Source: a virus. Taken from it: 64,000 nucleotides of DNA. Positions 11,476 to 21,511 of this stretch are shown here, one piece after another. Under the pieces are notes generated by a model, which saw only the letters and a program-made list of their open reading frames with translations, did not search any database and was not told the DNA's origin. Where the stretch lies: positions 114,198 through 178,197 of IMG/VR virus record IMGVR_UViG_3300028392_001993; one strand, 5' to 3'. Each line of letters starts with the position of its first letter. Position 1 is the first letter of the stretch. Position numbers and translations under genes: made by a program.

Positions 11476-12492
11476 TTAACCAGCGGTATATTTGGGAATA
11501 GGTATTTTTGGATCGCCAACAATTCTGGTAACAGCCGCATCTAGTGTGGCACGATTCACTGTGTCAATCTTGGGAATAGGAACGTCTTGTTCTTTGAATA
11601 TTGTAGGGATTTTGTCAGCAACCAAGTTTACTGCGTATGCACCATCACGAACAGCACTAGAGAATGCTGATTGTATTGCACCTGTTGCATCACCTGGTAT
11701 GGGTAATCCTTTAGCAAATGCTTCTGCACTGGGCAAACTTTTGGCCGCATTCAATGCCATGCCTGCAATGCCTTGGCTTGATAAACCGGCTACAGGAATA
11801 CCCACGGCTGCTAGTCCTGCTACACCTTTGGTCATAAGATCTTGTTGTATCAAACTTTGTTTGGTATCACTGCCCAACAAATCACCCACACCTTTGATGC
11901 CATCTTTGCCGGTCCAGGCTGCTGGGCTTTTAACCACATCTGACAGCACACTTCCGGCGGCTGCCATTAACGCATTTGTGCCAGGTTTAACATAGCCTGC
12001 TGTTTCTAATTGTTTTACATCAAAACCAAATGAACCAACGCCTTTGCTGTTGCTGATCACTGACGAGGCCTGGCCCACTAGATTTTTGGCCTGGGCTAAT
12101 ACGCCATTTACTTCGGGTATGCTCATGGCCGCGATGCCACTTACAGCGCCTGACCCAGTGATACTGCTGGCAACCTTTGTAAAGTCTGCGGTGTTGATAG
12201 GATTAGTAACTGGATAATCAGCAATGGTTTTTGTAATAGTTTCAATTGATTTTGTTGAAGTTGACCCTGGGAAGTAAAATCCACCTTTTGGCAAAATTGC
12301 GTTTTGAAGTCTAGATAGACCGCTCAAGTCGGACGTGGGCGCAGACAAAATAGTACCAGATGCAAGACCTACCAATGCACCAGTAGATTGTTGTTTATCA
12401 AAGATTGCTTGAGCTTGATCTCTTGTGAGACTTTCGGGTCCTTTAATAGTAAATGTTTTTCCGTCAGGAGCAGTAAATGTAAATTCAGCCAT
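11476..12492 (-). CDS. Hypothetical baseplate-associated protein (338 aa), possible degenerate lysozyme-like core
   Basis: Long ORF between the gp5-like and gp25-like genes with GGAG RBS. Central segment GVGSFGFDVKQLETAGYVKPG...WTGKDG is only weakly suggestive of a fold. Confidence 0.45.
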   Translation of the reverse strand: MAEFTFTAPDGKTFTIKGPESLTRDQAQAIFDKQQSTGALVGLASGTILSAPTSDLSGLSRLQNAILPKGGFYFPGSTSTKSIETITKTIADYPVTNPINTADFTKVASSITGSGAVSGIAAMSIPEVNGVLAQAKNLVGQASSVISNSKGVGSFGFDVKQLETAGYVKPGTNALMAAAGSVLSDVVKSPAAWTGKDGIKGVGDLLGSDTKQSLIQQDLMTKGVAGLAAVGIPVAGLSSQGIAGMALNAAKSLPSAEAFAKGLPIPGDATGAIQSAFSSAVRDGAYAVNLVADKIPTIFKEQDVPIPKIDTVNRATLDAAVTRIVGDPKIPIPKYTAG

Positions 12493-12493
12493 G

Positions 12494-14050
12494 CTATACT
12501 CCTTCCTCTGGTGGTGGATTTTCTGCAGGGGCGTCCGCTTGTACTTCTACCCCGTCCGGTAACGCTTCTGATCCTGGGGGTGGGCTAGGTATGCCTTCTT
12601 CAAACTTGACCGAGACATCCACACCTTTGTTGTGGTAAGGATAAGGTTCGTGTGTGGGTGCTCGAGTCACAATACTTTCAAGTCCTTCAGGCACAACCTT
12701 CCAACCTATACTAGTGTCCCATTCGGTATCATCTAACAAGGTTGTTGTTAACGGTTGTGGGTTTTCAACTTCGTCTGCGGCCGGGCCGTTTAGGTCAATT
12801 CCGTCAGCTTCTAATACTAGTGCAGAGCCAGCGCCCCAAGAACCTGATGCGCTGTTTAGTGTAAGTGTGCCATCTGCCTTGACTCCAATGGTGTCTTTGC
12901 TGTATAAAGTAATATCTTCCTGAGCCTGTATACTCATAAATGTATCAGTTTCTATCTGCATATCTTCCATACTTTTCATTTTTAAATAACGTCCAGCAAA
13001 CATATTGATGTCACGATCAGCATGCAAGTTGATATCGCCCTTGGTACGAACGTTCACACTGTTTGTAGCGTATACATCTACTGTGCCTTCTACTCCAAAC
13101 TCTAACCAGGTTTGTCCGTTAGCGTGAATGATATAGAAAAAGTTTCCGGTGTCGCTCATGGTAATTTGATGACCTTTACTGGTACGCAATCGTATCAGCG
13201 CATCGCCGCCTTCAAGATCGCCGTCGTCCATTACTAGGCTATGGCCGCCCACACGACCAATAACTTGTGCATCGCCTGGCTTGAGTGTTCCTGCGTTTAG
13301 TTTAGTTTTGATGTCATTGGGTTTCATGCCGCCAGAATAAATTGGTGTTCCGGGTGTGCTTACACCAAATACTGCGCTGGGAGTTTCTCGTTGACTACTG
13401 GAATTTATAGTGCCACGTTCGTTGTCTGTTATAAGTCCTTGTTGTAGTAAGGCCTGTGCTACTACACTTTGAACAGGTTTTATACCATCAAAAAATCTTG
13501 GATTGTTAAAAAGTTTTGTGCTGTTGGTATTAATTTCGGCTACAGGCAAGCGCGAGGCACCTGCAAAATATATTGCTTGATTTTGATTTTGTATTTTTGC
13601 TTGTGCCTTGGGAACCGAGCCAAGAGCCGGCACCATTCTACCTAGGCCTTGATCTGGAATTGTACCGATATAGTATCCTTGGCTACGGTCGCCATTGACA
13701 AACACACACATGACTGTGATCCCCACGTCAGGTGGAGTAAACCACATACCGTAACTGTTTTGATTGCCTGGGTACTTGCCATATTCACCTGCATTGGCTG
13801 TGCCTTGCAGTGGTGTTGATCCATAGAACGACGGCAAATAACTTACCGTGGTCCAGGTTGCTTCATCTTCCATATTTTGATCAGTACCGGCTGCAAATGC
13901 ATCAATGTATACCCGCAGGCGGCCGGCACGTACAGGATCCACTGTGCTCATAACTATTCCAGCAAATGGGCCAAACTCTGCGGGTACCCCCCCGCGATCC
14001 ATTTTGTAATTACTGGGACGCCCTTTACTGCGTTGTACACTTTCTGCCAT
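12494..14050 (-). CDS. gp5: Baseplate central spike/hub, gp5/VgrG-like, no evident lysozyme domain (518 aa)
   Basis: OB-fold motif DPVRAGRLRVYI...W...YLP...YGMWFTPPDVG..V.C.FVNGD, then GHSLVMDD...IRLRTSKGHQITMSDT and short beta-helix repeats. Confidence 0.75.
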   Translation of the reverse strand: MAESVQRSKGRPSNYKMDRGGVPAEFGPFAGIVMSTVDPVRAGRLRVYIDAFAAGTDQNMEDEATWTTVSYLPSFYGSTPLQGTANAGEYGKYPGNQNSYGMWFTPPDVGITVMCVFVNGDRSQGYYIGTIPDQGLGRMVPALGSVPKAQAKIQNQNQAIYFAGASRLPVAEINTNSTKLFNNPRFFDGIKPVQSVVAQALLQQGLITDNERGTINSSSQRETPSAVFGVSTPGTPIYSGGMKPNDIKTKLNAGTLKPGDAQVIGRVGGHSLVMDDGDLEGGDALIRLRTSKGHQITMSDTGNFFYIIHANGQTWLEFGVEGTVDVYATNSVNVRTKGDINLHADRDINMFAGRYLKMKSMEDMQIETDTFMSIQAQEDITLYSKDTIGVKADGTLTLNSASGSWGAGSALVLEADGIDLNGPAADEVENPQPLTTTLLDDTEWDTSIGWKVVPEGLESIVTRAPTHEPYPYHNKGVDVSVKFEEGIPSPPPGSEALPDGVEVQADAPAENPPPEEGV

Positions 14051-14053
14051 TTA

Positions 14054-17000
14054 TTAACCTCCGTCTGTAGCAATTTCTTGATTGCTTGGATTTGTTGGAC
14101 TGTCAGGATAGTCCCCGCCAGCTGGAATACCGTCTTCCAGTTGCGCCATTTGGGTATCTGTCAATGTGTCTTCTCCAGGCGCCACACCCGGCAACTTGGG
14201 TGGACCTGTACCAACTGATTGAGATAGATCCAATGGATTGCCGTAATCATCTGTCACCGGCTGTGGTGGTCCAGCACGACCAACAGGTACTATTTGTCCA
14301 TTCTCGTCTATTGTTGTTTGCCCTGTTGTAGACGAAGGAATCAAAGGTGACGCTTGTTTTCCAGCGGACTGTTGTGCGCCCATCATGGCCGCTGTTCCAC
14401 CGTCAGCACTCAACAACGAGCGTGGATCGGTTGTGCCTGTACCTTGTATTCTATTTTGCAAAGCCTGGGCAGTTCGAAGATTACTGGCAGGATTAGCGTT
14501 TGTTCTTGCACCGGCAGCACTTAAATTTCCAGCCTGAGTAAGTGCCCGTGCATTATCTAATTCAGTGCTGTTAGTACCGCCATTGGATGCTTGAACTGTA
14601 TTTTTCTTGCTAGGCAATGGGAATTGATATAGAGTACCTTCAACAGTTTGATAGAATGCACCTTGTCTGAATTCACTAATAACTTTAACCACTTGATATA
14701 CTCGGCTCTGGATAGGCTCTCGTGACTTGTTGGCACGGCCACTGTACCCGCCACCGTAAGGATCTGCTACACCTGTATTGAGATCATAATCTTCTGGGCG
14801 CTGCCATACTATTTCAAACAGTACATCTCCGGTTTCAAAACTGATACTACCGTCTTCTCCAAATCCAGTAGCATCGGCCACTTGACTTTCACCTGCTTTG
14901 ATTTCTTTAAACAAACTGCCTTGTTGTATCCAATCAGGATCGCCAAGGATTTTTACTTTTGCATTGGCTAGATCACCAGGGCTGAACAAATAATCAGCCG
15001 CATTGGCTGAAACTTCATTGAGCCTAGTATCACTAGAACCTTGAGTGCTTTGTCCACTGGTCACAGCGTAATTGTATTTGGCAATATCACGCAGGCTCGA
15101 AGTGGCGGCTTCGCGTATTTTTGCTGCCGCACTATTTTTAGGATCACTACCGCTCACAGTGATACTATACAAAGCATTCATAGTTTCTTGATATTCGACC
15201 ACCGCGGTATTTTGTCCCGTGAACCAATATGGATAACTCTTGTGTACTCCAGCAAATCTGCTAGGTGGAAAATATTTGCTGTTGAAATTTTGCAATCGGT
15301 AAGGCTTAATAATATAGGTAATGTCAAACGCATGATCGTTGCGCTTGGGATCGATACCACCCGGGCGTGGTGCGGCACTCATGATAATGTTAAACCATGT
15401 CATAGGCGAATTTCTTTTGTCAGGATTTGGCACTTGATATCCGTCACTGTTTTCCATTACTAGTGCTTGGTTTTTAATATAACTGCTGTTACGAATAGCA
15501 AGTTCAATAGCCTGTGTGATCATTTGTCCGGCAGTGATACTAAAAGTGTGAGATGCATTGTCTATTGCTTGTTGGTTGCCATTGAGATTTTTAGCATCGC
15601 CGTTTTTACCAGCGGCTGGTTGTCCAGACGCGGTAGTTGTATTGTCTCTTTTGGGGCTTTGTGGTAAAATTTCAGCATTTTCAATTGCTGATGCAGGAAT
15701 TACCTTGCCATCATAACCGATACCATCAACAAATTTAATGAAGTATCTGTCGGCTATGTTGAATATAGCTTCGCTTTGTCCTTTTTGTGGCAGAGTTAAT
15801 TCTTCTTGAAACTTGGTGAGTGCGCCCATCAGTCCTTGTGTAATAGTTTTTTTAGAAGTAGGTGCGGCCTGGGCAGTTGGCGGTGCTAGATTAGCGGCTG
15901 CAATTTGTTCAGCATCACTTATATAACCTACAGAACTGTTTGTAGTTGATTGTCCTGGATTGGCTGCCGCAGACGCAGTACCAGCATAGGCCACTGTGCC
16001 TCCCAACAACTTGCCCACGGTGGTGCTGGCAATTTGCATATCGTGCGGAATAGATCCACGAGCAGTATACCCTGCAATCAGTTGTCCTTGCGGCACACAG
16101 TCCCACTCATAGGTAACCATCTTGCTACCAATACTCCAGTTGATTGCGGCCAACTTGAATGGTATAAATTTTTCAATTGCAGGGCCACCGCTGGCGTGTA
16201 CCTGTACAGGATTGCCGTCAGCACCTTGTCCATAGAATCGTATCACAGCCAGGTAGTCAGCCGCAGTATAATTGACTTTGCCGCTGCCATCTTTTTGTTG
16301 TAGATTGGCCACAGCTGAATACAAGTTGTCAATTAGTGTAATACCGTTGGGTTCGTTTACAACTAGTTTCATTGTGGCAGTCATGTGACTGGCACCAGTG
16401 GCTTTGCCTAGTGGGCTAGTATCTAGTGTGAGTGAATCAATATAGTAGTCGTATGGAAAGAATGGATTACGTCCACTATCACCAGCAGAGATGTCTGCAG
16501 TCCCCATGCCTTGTTTTTCACCACCGCGGTTGACAGGTGCTCCGCCATCTTGGAATAGCAAAAAGTATCCGTCAATCTTTTTTGTTTTGCTACGCAATAG
16601 TCTTTCGTACTGTGTGGCACTCAGTAGGTACACTGATATAGAATAAGTGTAACTGGCAAATTGATCTAGTGGGTTAGGACGCGGTTGTATTTTTAATGCA
16701 TTGCCGGCTGCATTTGTGTCAGCCTGAGTATTTGCTTTACTGGGCATCACCCCATCTTCTGGGGGGGCCGCGGCACCTGGCTGAGTTTTTAGGTCGACTC
16801 CACCAGGCAAGCCGCCTGGATCATACAATTCGCCTGTTTCAGGATTTATTCTAGAGTTAGACAGTGTGCCATCTTCGGCTCTGACATTGATACCTTGTGC
16901 ATATGGATCTGTGGCTTGCGTTTGTTCAGTAGTGCGCACTGGTCCATCAGTACCTGTGGTACCACCTGTATCAGACGTTGTGACAGTATCTGCGTTGGTA

Positions 17001-17116
17001 GGTGCAGTATTGTCTGATATTGGTACTATGCGGCCAAACTCATCAACTTGGGTCTGCTCGGGTGCATTAGGCCCTTGCGGTGCATCATCTTGTGCGGCTT
17101 GACTAGCTGTGGCCAT
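14054..17116 (-). CDS. Putative baseplate hub/tail protein (1020 aa) with low-complexity termini
   Basis: RPNPLDQFASYTYSISVYL start of core and ILGDPDWIQQ / YQVVKVISEFRQGAFYQTVEG end resemble hub (gp27/gpD-like) proteins; immediately upstream of the gp5-like gene. Confidence 0.5.
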   Translation of the reverse strand: MATASQAAQDDAPQGPNAPEQTQVDEFGRIVPISDNTAPTNADTVTTSDTGGTTGTDGPVRTTEQTQATDPYAQGINVRAEDGTLSNSRINPETGELYDPGGLPGGVDLKTQPGAAAPPEDGVMPSKANTQADTNAAGNALKIQPRPNPLDQFASYTYSISVYLLSATQYERLLRSKTKKIDGYFLLFQDGGAPVNRGGEKQGMGTADISAGDSGRNPFFPYDYYIDSLTLDTSPLGKATGASHMTATMKLVVNEPNGITLIDNLYSAVANLQQKDGSGKVNYTAADYLAVIRFYGQGADGNPVQVHASGGPAIEKFIPFKLAAINWSIGSKMVTYEWDCVPQGQLIAGYTARGSIPHDMQIASTTVGKLLGGTVAYAGTASAAANPGQSTTNSSVGYISDAEQIAAANLAPPTAQAAPTSKKTITQGLMGALTKFQEELTLPQKGQSEAIFNIADRYFIKFVDGIGYDGKVIPASAIENAEILPQSPKRDNTTTASGQPAAGKNGDAKNLNGNQQAIDNASHTFSITAGQMITQAIELAIRNSSYIKNQALVMENSDGYQVPNPDKRNSPMTWFNIIMSAAPRPGGIDPKRNDHAFDITYIIKPYRLQNFNSKYFPPSRFAGVHKSYPYWFTGQNTAVVEYQETMNALYSITVSGSDPKNSAAAKIREAATSSLRDIAKYNYAVTSGQSTQGSSDTRLNEVSANAADYLFSPGDLANAKVKILGDPDWIQQGSLFKEIKAGESQVADATGFGEDGSISFETGDVLFEIVWQRPEDYDLNTGVADPYGGGYSGRANKSREPIQSRVYQVVKVISEFRQGAFYQTVEGTLYQFPLPSKKNTVQASNGGTNSTELDNARALTQAGNLSAAGARTNANPASNLRTAQALQNRIQGTGTTDPRSLLSADGGTAAMMGAQQSAGKQASPLIPSSTTGQTTIDENGQIVPVGRAGPPQPVTDDYGNPLDLSQSVGTGPPKLPGVAPGEDTLTDTQMAQLEDGIPAGGDYPDSPTNPSNQEIATDGG

Positions 17117-17119
17117 AAA

Positions 17120-17419
17120 TTAGAATCCCAGAGCTGACTTCAGCGTGGTAATTTTTGGCAAGTAGATCATGGTGCCTGATTTGAAATCCATGGGAGGTGC
17201 TTGTAGTGTGTTAGGGTTGCGTTGATAAAACACCCACCACAGGCCAGCAATGCCATACAGGTCAAATGCCAACAGGTCTGGTCTATACTGGTAGGTAGTA
17301 TTAATAACAAAGGTCAAATCGTCACTTTGTTTGGGTATGGGCCTATTGACCATACTGTCAAGAAAAAATTGACTGTAAGGAGTTTCAAAATATGGACTGG
17401 TTGCGTCGTATTGTGCCAT
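17120..17419 (-). CDS. gp53: Baseplate wedge protein, gp53/LysM-like (99 aa)
   Basis: YQYRPDLLAFDLYG...LWWVFYQRNPN.L..P..DF..G..IYLP is the gp53/LysM-type pattern. Confidence 0.7.
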   Translation of the reverse strand: MAQYDATSPYFETPYSQFFLDSMVNRPIPKQSDDLTFVINTTYQYRPDLLAFDLYGIAGLWWVFYQRNPNTLQAPPMDFKSGTMIYLPKITTLKSALGF

Positions 17420-20400
17420 TACCAGAATCCTCCTTTGAGTAGGTCACCGTTGGCAAAGCCTTTGAGGCTGAACTGCTGGCTAACTTGACTGCGTGATTGT
17501 ACAGGTATCAATGTAACGTCTATTTCCATCTTGGTTGGTACGTAGCTGGCTGGCACATTGTTTGTGACACTGCCTGCCACTGTGTTAGGTGCCGGAGTTC
17601 TTGGCAATGCGCCTTTTGATAATCCCCCGGGTATGGCATTTAGCAATCTATACACACCAGCCAGTGCACCGCCTGCTGGCAAACTGGCACCTGATGGGTT
17701 GTAGCGATTGGCCAAATTCAAACCAAAGTTGTTGGGATTGGTTGTTCTTATGTAGTCCACATCATTGGGCAAGGTGTAATTAAACGAGCTTACCACAACT
17801 GGGTGATCCGAAAACTGGTATCCACCAAAGCCGTTCAACAAACAGATTGGGGGAGGTGTGCCGCGTTCGGCATCTTGACCATAGAACATTTTGGTCACAC
17901 TTCTAAAGAAATGTATCACTGCCAACAGGTAGTTGGCTTCGGTAGTGTCTTGTGCTGTGAATGTTCCACGCAATTGAATATCGCCCACACGAGAGTTTTT
18001 GTAGAACAATCCACGATAGTTTGAGTGTATCAAATCATACTGTTCGTAGTTGGCTGAATAAGTTGTGGTAATACTTGGTGTGTAAGGAAATATCACACCG
18101 TCAGTACCACCATTGGCCTTGAGTGGTGCCAGTGGCCCAGCTGGGGTAGCATTATACAAATATTGGGCGCCTGGACCAAGGCTCAATCTCACACGCCAGT
18201 CGGTGTTGCCTGGTTGCTTGTAACGTGCTTGAACTGTGGCTTGTTTTTGTGCCGATGTTCGCATTGCGGCAGTCTGGGCACCTTCTTCAGCCACAGCATT
18301 GTTAGCGCCTTGGCCAAGATCTACAGTAGCACCATTTTCTTGGACACCAACTCCGTCGATTGCAACATCTGCTGGTGGGTAGGTTGTGGGTTGTACAGCC
18401 TCTATAGGCATGCCAAATTGATCAACTGGGTTTCCGGCTGCATCTGTGTATCCACCATTGCCATCTGGGGTAACTGAAAAACCTTCGCCGCCAGTACCAG
18501 GGTCAACCAGTGCGGCTGATTGGGTTACATTATCACCGGTAGGTATTAACGATCCATTGGCGTCAACTGGCTGACCATCGCCATTGACAAATCCACCAAA
18601 GCCATCTGGAAATACATTGCCAAATCCTTCGCCACTGTTGTTTGTATCAACTGGTGGGGGATATTCAACAAAATTTTCTGATGCCAGTTGATCTCTTTGA
18701 TCTTGTTGGTATGCTTCTTGTACTGCAAGTTCATTGTCAGTCTGTGGATCAACATCTAAATTAGTATCAGCAGGTTGGTCGTTGGCCAACTGTGCTTCAA
18801 ATCTTGCTTGTTCAAATGGATCAGTGTTGGGATCAACTCCTGCAGGATCAAATACACTTTCTTCTCCAGCATTAATTGTTTGTCCTGGGTCAAATACACT
18901 TTCAGCGGCTGCCGCCGAAGGGTCTGTTAGGGCACTAACTTGTGCAGGTGCCCGACCGTCGCCTTCGTTGCCGCCGCCAGCCGCATACACATTGGCATTT
19001 TGTTCAATAACGTTTTGTTGGATTGCTGAATTTTCTGTAGCCACCTGGATGTATTGTTGTTGTGCATCATTGTTGGCCAATAACTCTGCTCGACGTGCAT
19101 CCGAAGTGGCAGGGTCAGCTAGTTCAGCATTGTTTGCAGCCACAATCTTTTCAGCATTGGCGATACCTGCTGTGTTTTCTTCAATGGCCGCATAACTTTT
19201 ATCAATGTTCAATAATGCTTTGTTTTGTGTGCCGGGATACAACTTGGCAGCATCTGTAGCCAGTTCCTTGTCTTGTGCCTGTACTTGTGCGGCAGTAGGT
19301 GTTCCTGTGCCATTGTAGAATGCATCTGCTTGATCAGCATTGAGAGTGGTACTACTGTTACTAATACCTCTTGTCTGTAGTGTAGCCTGAACTCCGTATC
19401 CCTCTGTAGTGGTTGGATCAACAGGTGCTTGTACTCCAAAGCCTTCCAAGGTTGTTGGATCAACAGGTGCTTGTACTCCAAAGCCTTCTGTTGTGGTTGC
19501 GTCAACTGGTGTAAGAGATGTAGAAGGAGTCGTAGGTGCTACCAAGGCCGCTGTGCCTGATCCTGTGGTTGCGGCAGTTGTTGTAGCAGTAGGTGTGCCA
19601 CCAAATAGGCCGCCTACGGTGGCAGAAAAATTAGTAAACAACGAACTTAGCCCTGACCCGCCGCCGGTGCCACCACCTAGTACACCACTGAACAAACTCT
19701 TGATGGTACCTAATGCATTGTCTATGCTGGGCAAGTTTGTGGTAAGGTTACCAAAGCCAAAACCCGAGGTAGCATTCAGTGTAGAACCCGGCAGTTGTGG
19801 TATGCCTAGTCTAGCACGAATGTAAGGATCTGTAGGATCAGCACCGCCAAGGTCTTGCAATTGTTTTGGTGTTAGTCCAGCAAGAGGATCGTTAACTGGA
19901 CTGGAGTATTTTGTAGGTGGTACTCCTGCAATGGGTGTTCCGTTTGAATCAACCGGGTCGCCTTGTGCATTAACAAAGCCGCCATTGCCATCAGGTGTAC
20001 CTAGGTTAAACCCTTCACCGCCGGTGCCTGGATCAACTGCGGCCTTTGACGTTGCGGGCCCAACGCCAGCATAGTATGTCTGACCTGTTTCATTGTTGAT
20101 TTTAAAACCAGGTTGTAAATTGCCGTTGTCATCATATGCTGGAAATTGGCTGGGATCACTTGCTGGTTTTACTGCGGTATCTTTTGTACCTGAGCCTACC
20201 CCGGCATAATATGTTTGACCAGTCTCTTCGTTGATTTTAAAACCAGGTTGTAAATTTCCAGTATCGTCGTATGCAGGAAACTGACTGGGGTCACTTGCTG
20301 GTTTTACTGCTGAGTCTTTTGCGGCAGTTTGATACACAACTTTTTTAGTATTAGTAGTGGTATTAGGTACTGTGTTGGTCGTAGGAGGGTTAGGTGGATT

Positions 20401-20490
20401 TGATACCACTGTCGTTGTGCCACCGTTGCTACCAGAACCGGTGTTGTCTTCGCCTGCATAGTTGCCGTTAGCGTCGTAAATTGCTGCCAT
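17419..20490 (-). CDS. Tail-tube initiator-like protein (gp48/gp54/CIS-tube-like C-terminal ~270 aa) with a ~750-aa repetitive acidic N-terminal extension
   Basis: C-terminal DWRVRLSL...GVIFPYTPSITTTYSANY...FTAQDTTEANYLLAVIHFFRSVTKMFYG...PPPICLLNGFG...PVVVSSFNYTLPNDVDY; AGGA RBS. Confidence 0.55.
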   Translation of the reverse strand: MAAIYDANGNYAGEDNTGSGSNGGTTTVVSNPPNPPTTNTVPNTTTNTKKVVYQTAAKDSAVKPASDPSQFPAYDDTGNLQPGFKINEETGQTYYAGVGSGTKDTAVKPASDPSQFPAYDDNGNLQPGFKINNETGQTYYAGVGPATSKAAVDPGTGGEGFNLGTPDGNGGFVNAQGDPVDSNGTPIAGVPPTKYSSPVNDPLAGLTPKQLQDLGGADPTDPYIRARLGIPQLPGSTLNATSGFGFGNLTTNLPSIDNALGTIKSLFSGVLGGGTGGGSGLSSLFTNFSATVGGLFGGTPTATTTAATTGSGTAALVAPTTPSTSLTPVDATTTEGFGVQAPVDPTTLEGFGVQAPVDPTTTEGYGVQATLQTRGISNSSTTLNADQADAFYNGTGTPTAAQVQAQDKELATDAAKLYPGTQNKALLNIDKSYAAIEENTAGIANAEKIVAANNAELADPATSDARRAELLANNDAQQQYIQVATENSAIQQNVIEQNANVYAAGGGNEGDGRAPAQVSALTDPSAAAAESVFDPGQTINAGEESVFDPAGVDPNTDPFEQARFEAQLANDQPADTNLDVDPQTDNELAVQEAYQQDQRDQLASENFVEYPPPVDTNNSGEGFGNVFPDGFGGFVNGDGQPVDANGSLIPTGDNVTQSAALVDPGTGGEGFSVTPDGNGGYTDAAGNPVDQFGMPIEAVQPTTYPPADVAIDGVGVQENGATVDLGQGANNAVAEEGAQTAAMRTSAQKQATVQARYKQPGNTDWRVRLSLGPGAQYLYNATPAGPLAPLKANGGTDGVIFPYTPSITTTYSANYEQYDLIHSNYRGLFYKNSRVGDIQLRGTFTAQDTTEANYLLAVIHFFRSVTKMFYGQDAERGTPPPICLLNGFGGYQFSDHPVVVSSFNYTLPNDVDYIRTTNPNNFGLNLANRYNPSGASLPAGGALAGVYRLLNAIPGGLSKGALPRTPAPNTVAGSVTNNVPASYVPTKMEIDVTLIPVQSRSQVSQQFSLKGFANGDLLKGGFW
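19385..19500 (-). repeat. Coding tandem repeat, 42-bp period (T-EG[F/Y]GVQAPVDP x ~3)
   Basis: ttggatcaacaggtgcttgtactccaaagccttc occurs identically at 19413 and 19455. Confidence 0.9.
20069..20320 (-). repeat. Coding direct repeat, 135-bp period (45 aa; KD-AVKPASDPSQFPAYDD-GNLQPGFKIN-ETGQTYYAG x2)
   Basis: gattttaaaaccaggttgtaaatt at 20098 and 20233; protein-level duplication is visible in the translation. Confidence 0.9.
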
Positions 20491-20547
20491 TTGTGTATTC
20501 CTATCACTTATTTACCCATTTCTAAAACGGCGTATTTTACAAAGAGG

Positions 20548-20575
20548 TTGACAAATGTTGTAAAAGTGCTACAAT
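20548..20575 (+). promoter_or_regulatory. Sigma70-type promoter upstream of the gp55-like gene
   Basis: TTGACA (20548-53), 16-nt spacer, TGc-TACAAT (extended -10, 20570-75); AGGAG RBS downstream. Confidence 0.7.
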
Positions 20576-20602
20576 AAATACATATAGGAGATCCAGTCAC
20601 TC

Positions 20603-21499
20603 ATGACTTTACTACCCAAAACGGCACCACGTGTCAACTATCTCAACAACAGAGATATCTTAAAAGAAATTCACCTTAGCAAAAACAACTACTGCTGGTT
20701 CCAAGACAGAGCAACGGATCACCAGTTTGATATTATTTTGCCGTCAATAGACAAGATCAATCAGCGCACTGTTGCAGAAGCCCGACGCAACCGAGCAGAT
20801 CGGCTCAAGCGAGAAGGTACCATTGTAGACCCTAAAAAAATACCCAATACAGACATTGTGTTCCGTATCACGTGTTGGGATCACATACCCATGGCGCCCA
20901 AAAAAATAACCAAGGCCGAAGCCAAACGTCGTAAACTGGAAGACATTTTGGACCTGGACGATGCCACAGAAGAGGATCCCTTGGCAGATATTGTGGATGC
21001 ACCCGTACTGGACTTGAACCATGTGCGTGTGAACTTTCCTCCGTTTGAACACTATCGCATAGACGAAGAAAAGAAGCCGTTTATTGTGGGGCGATCGCAC
21101 TGGAAAGGTGACCTGGCCACTGGAGAGTTTTCCAAAGATCACGGTAACATGACCAAAAAACTGGCCATGATGTTTATGAAATTATGCGAAAGATATGCTA
21201 CAAGGAGTAACTGGCGTGGATACACCTACAACGAAGAAATGCGGGGACAAGCCCTGTTACAACTCAGTCAAATCGGACTCCAGTTCGATGAATCAAAATC
21301 GCAGAACCCTTTTGCGTATTATACTGCCGCTATCACTAATAGTTTCACTCGTATCCTAAACATTGAGAAAAAGAATCAAAACATCCGTGATGACATTTTG
21401 GAAATGAACGGACTCAATCCGTCATGGACTCGCCAGAACTCAGGCAAACACAGCATGGCTGCCATGTCCGGACCGGTTGTGTCTAGCCTTGATGAGTAG
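20603..21499 (+). CDS. gp55: Phage late-transcription sigma factor, T4 gp55-like (298 aa)
   Basis: NYLNNRDILKEI N-terminus and YATRSNWRGYTYNEEMRGQALLQL...FDESKSQNPFAYYT..ITNSFTRILNIEKK match gp55-type region 2; adjacent to gp47/gp46 as in T4-like phages. Confidence 0.75.
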   Translation: MTLLPKTAPRVNYLNNRDILKEIHLSKNNYCWFQDRATDHQFDIILPSIDKINQRTVAEARRNRADRLKREGTIVDPKKIPNTDIVFRITCWDHIPMAPKKITKAEAKRRKLEDILDLDDATEEDPLADIVDAPVLDLNHVRVNFPPFEHYRIDEEKKPFIVGRSHWKGDLATGEFSKDHGNMTKKLAMMFMKLCERYATRSNWRGYTYNEEMRGQALLQLSQIGLQFDESKSQNPFAYYTAAITNSFTRILNIEKKNQNIRDDILEMNGLNPSWTRQNSGKHSMAAMSGPVVSSLDE

Positions 21500-21505
21500 T
21501 ATAAT
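21477..21505 (+). promoter_or_regulatory. Sigma70-type promoter for the gp47 operon, probably giving a leaderless mRNA
   Basis: TTGTGT (21477-82), 17 nt, TATAAT (21500-05), then 6 nt to ATG 21512 with no SD. Confidence 0.5.
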
Positions 21506-21511
21506 AGCGGG

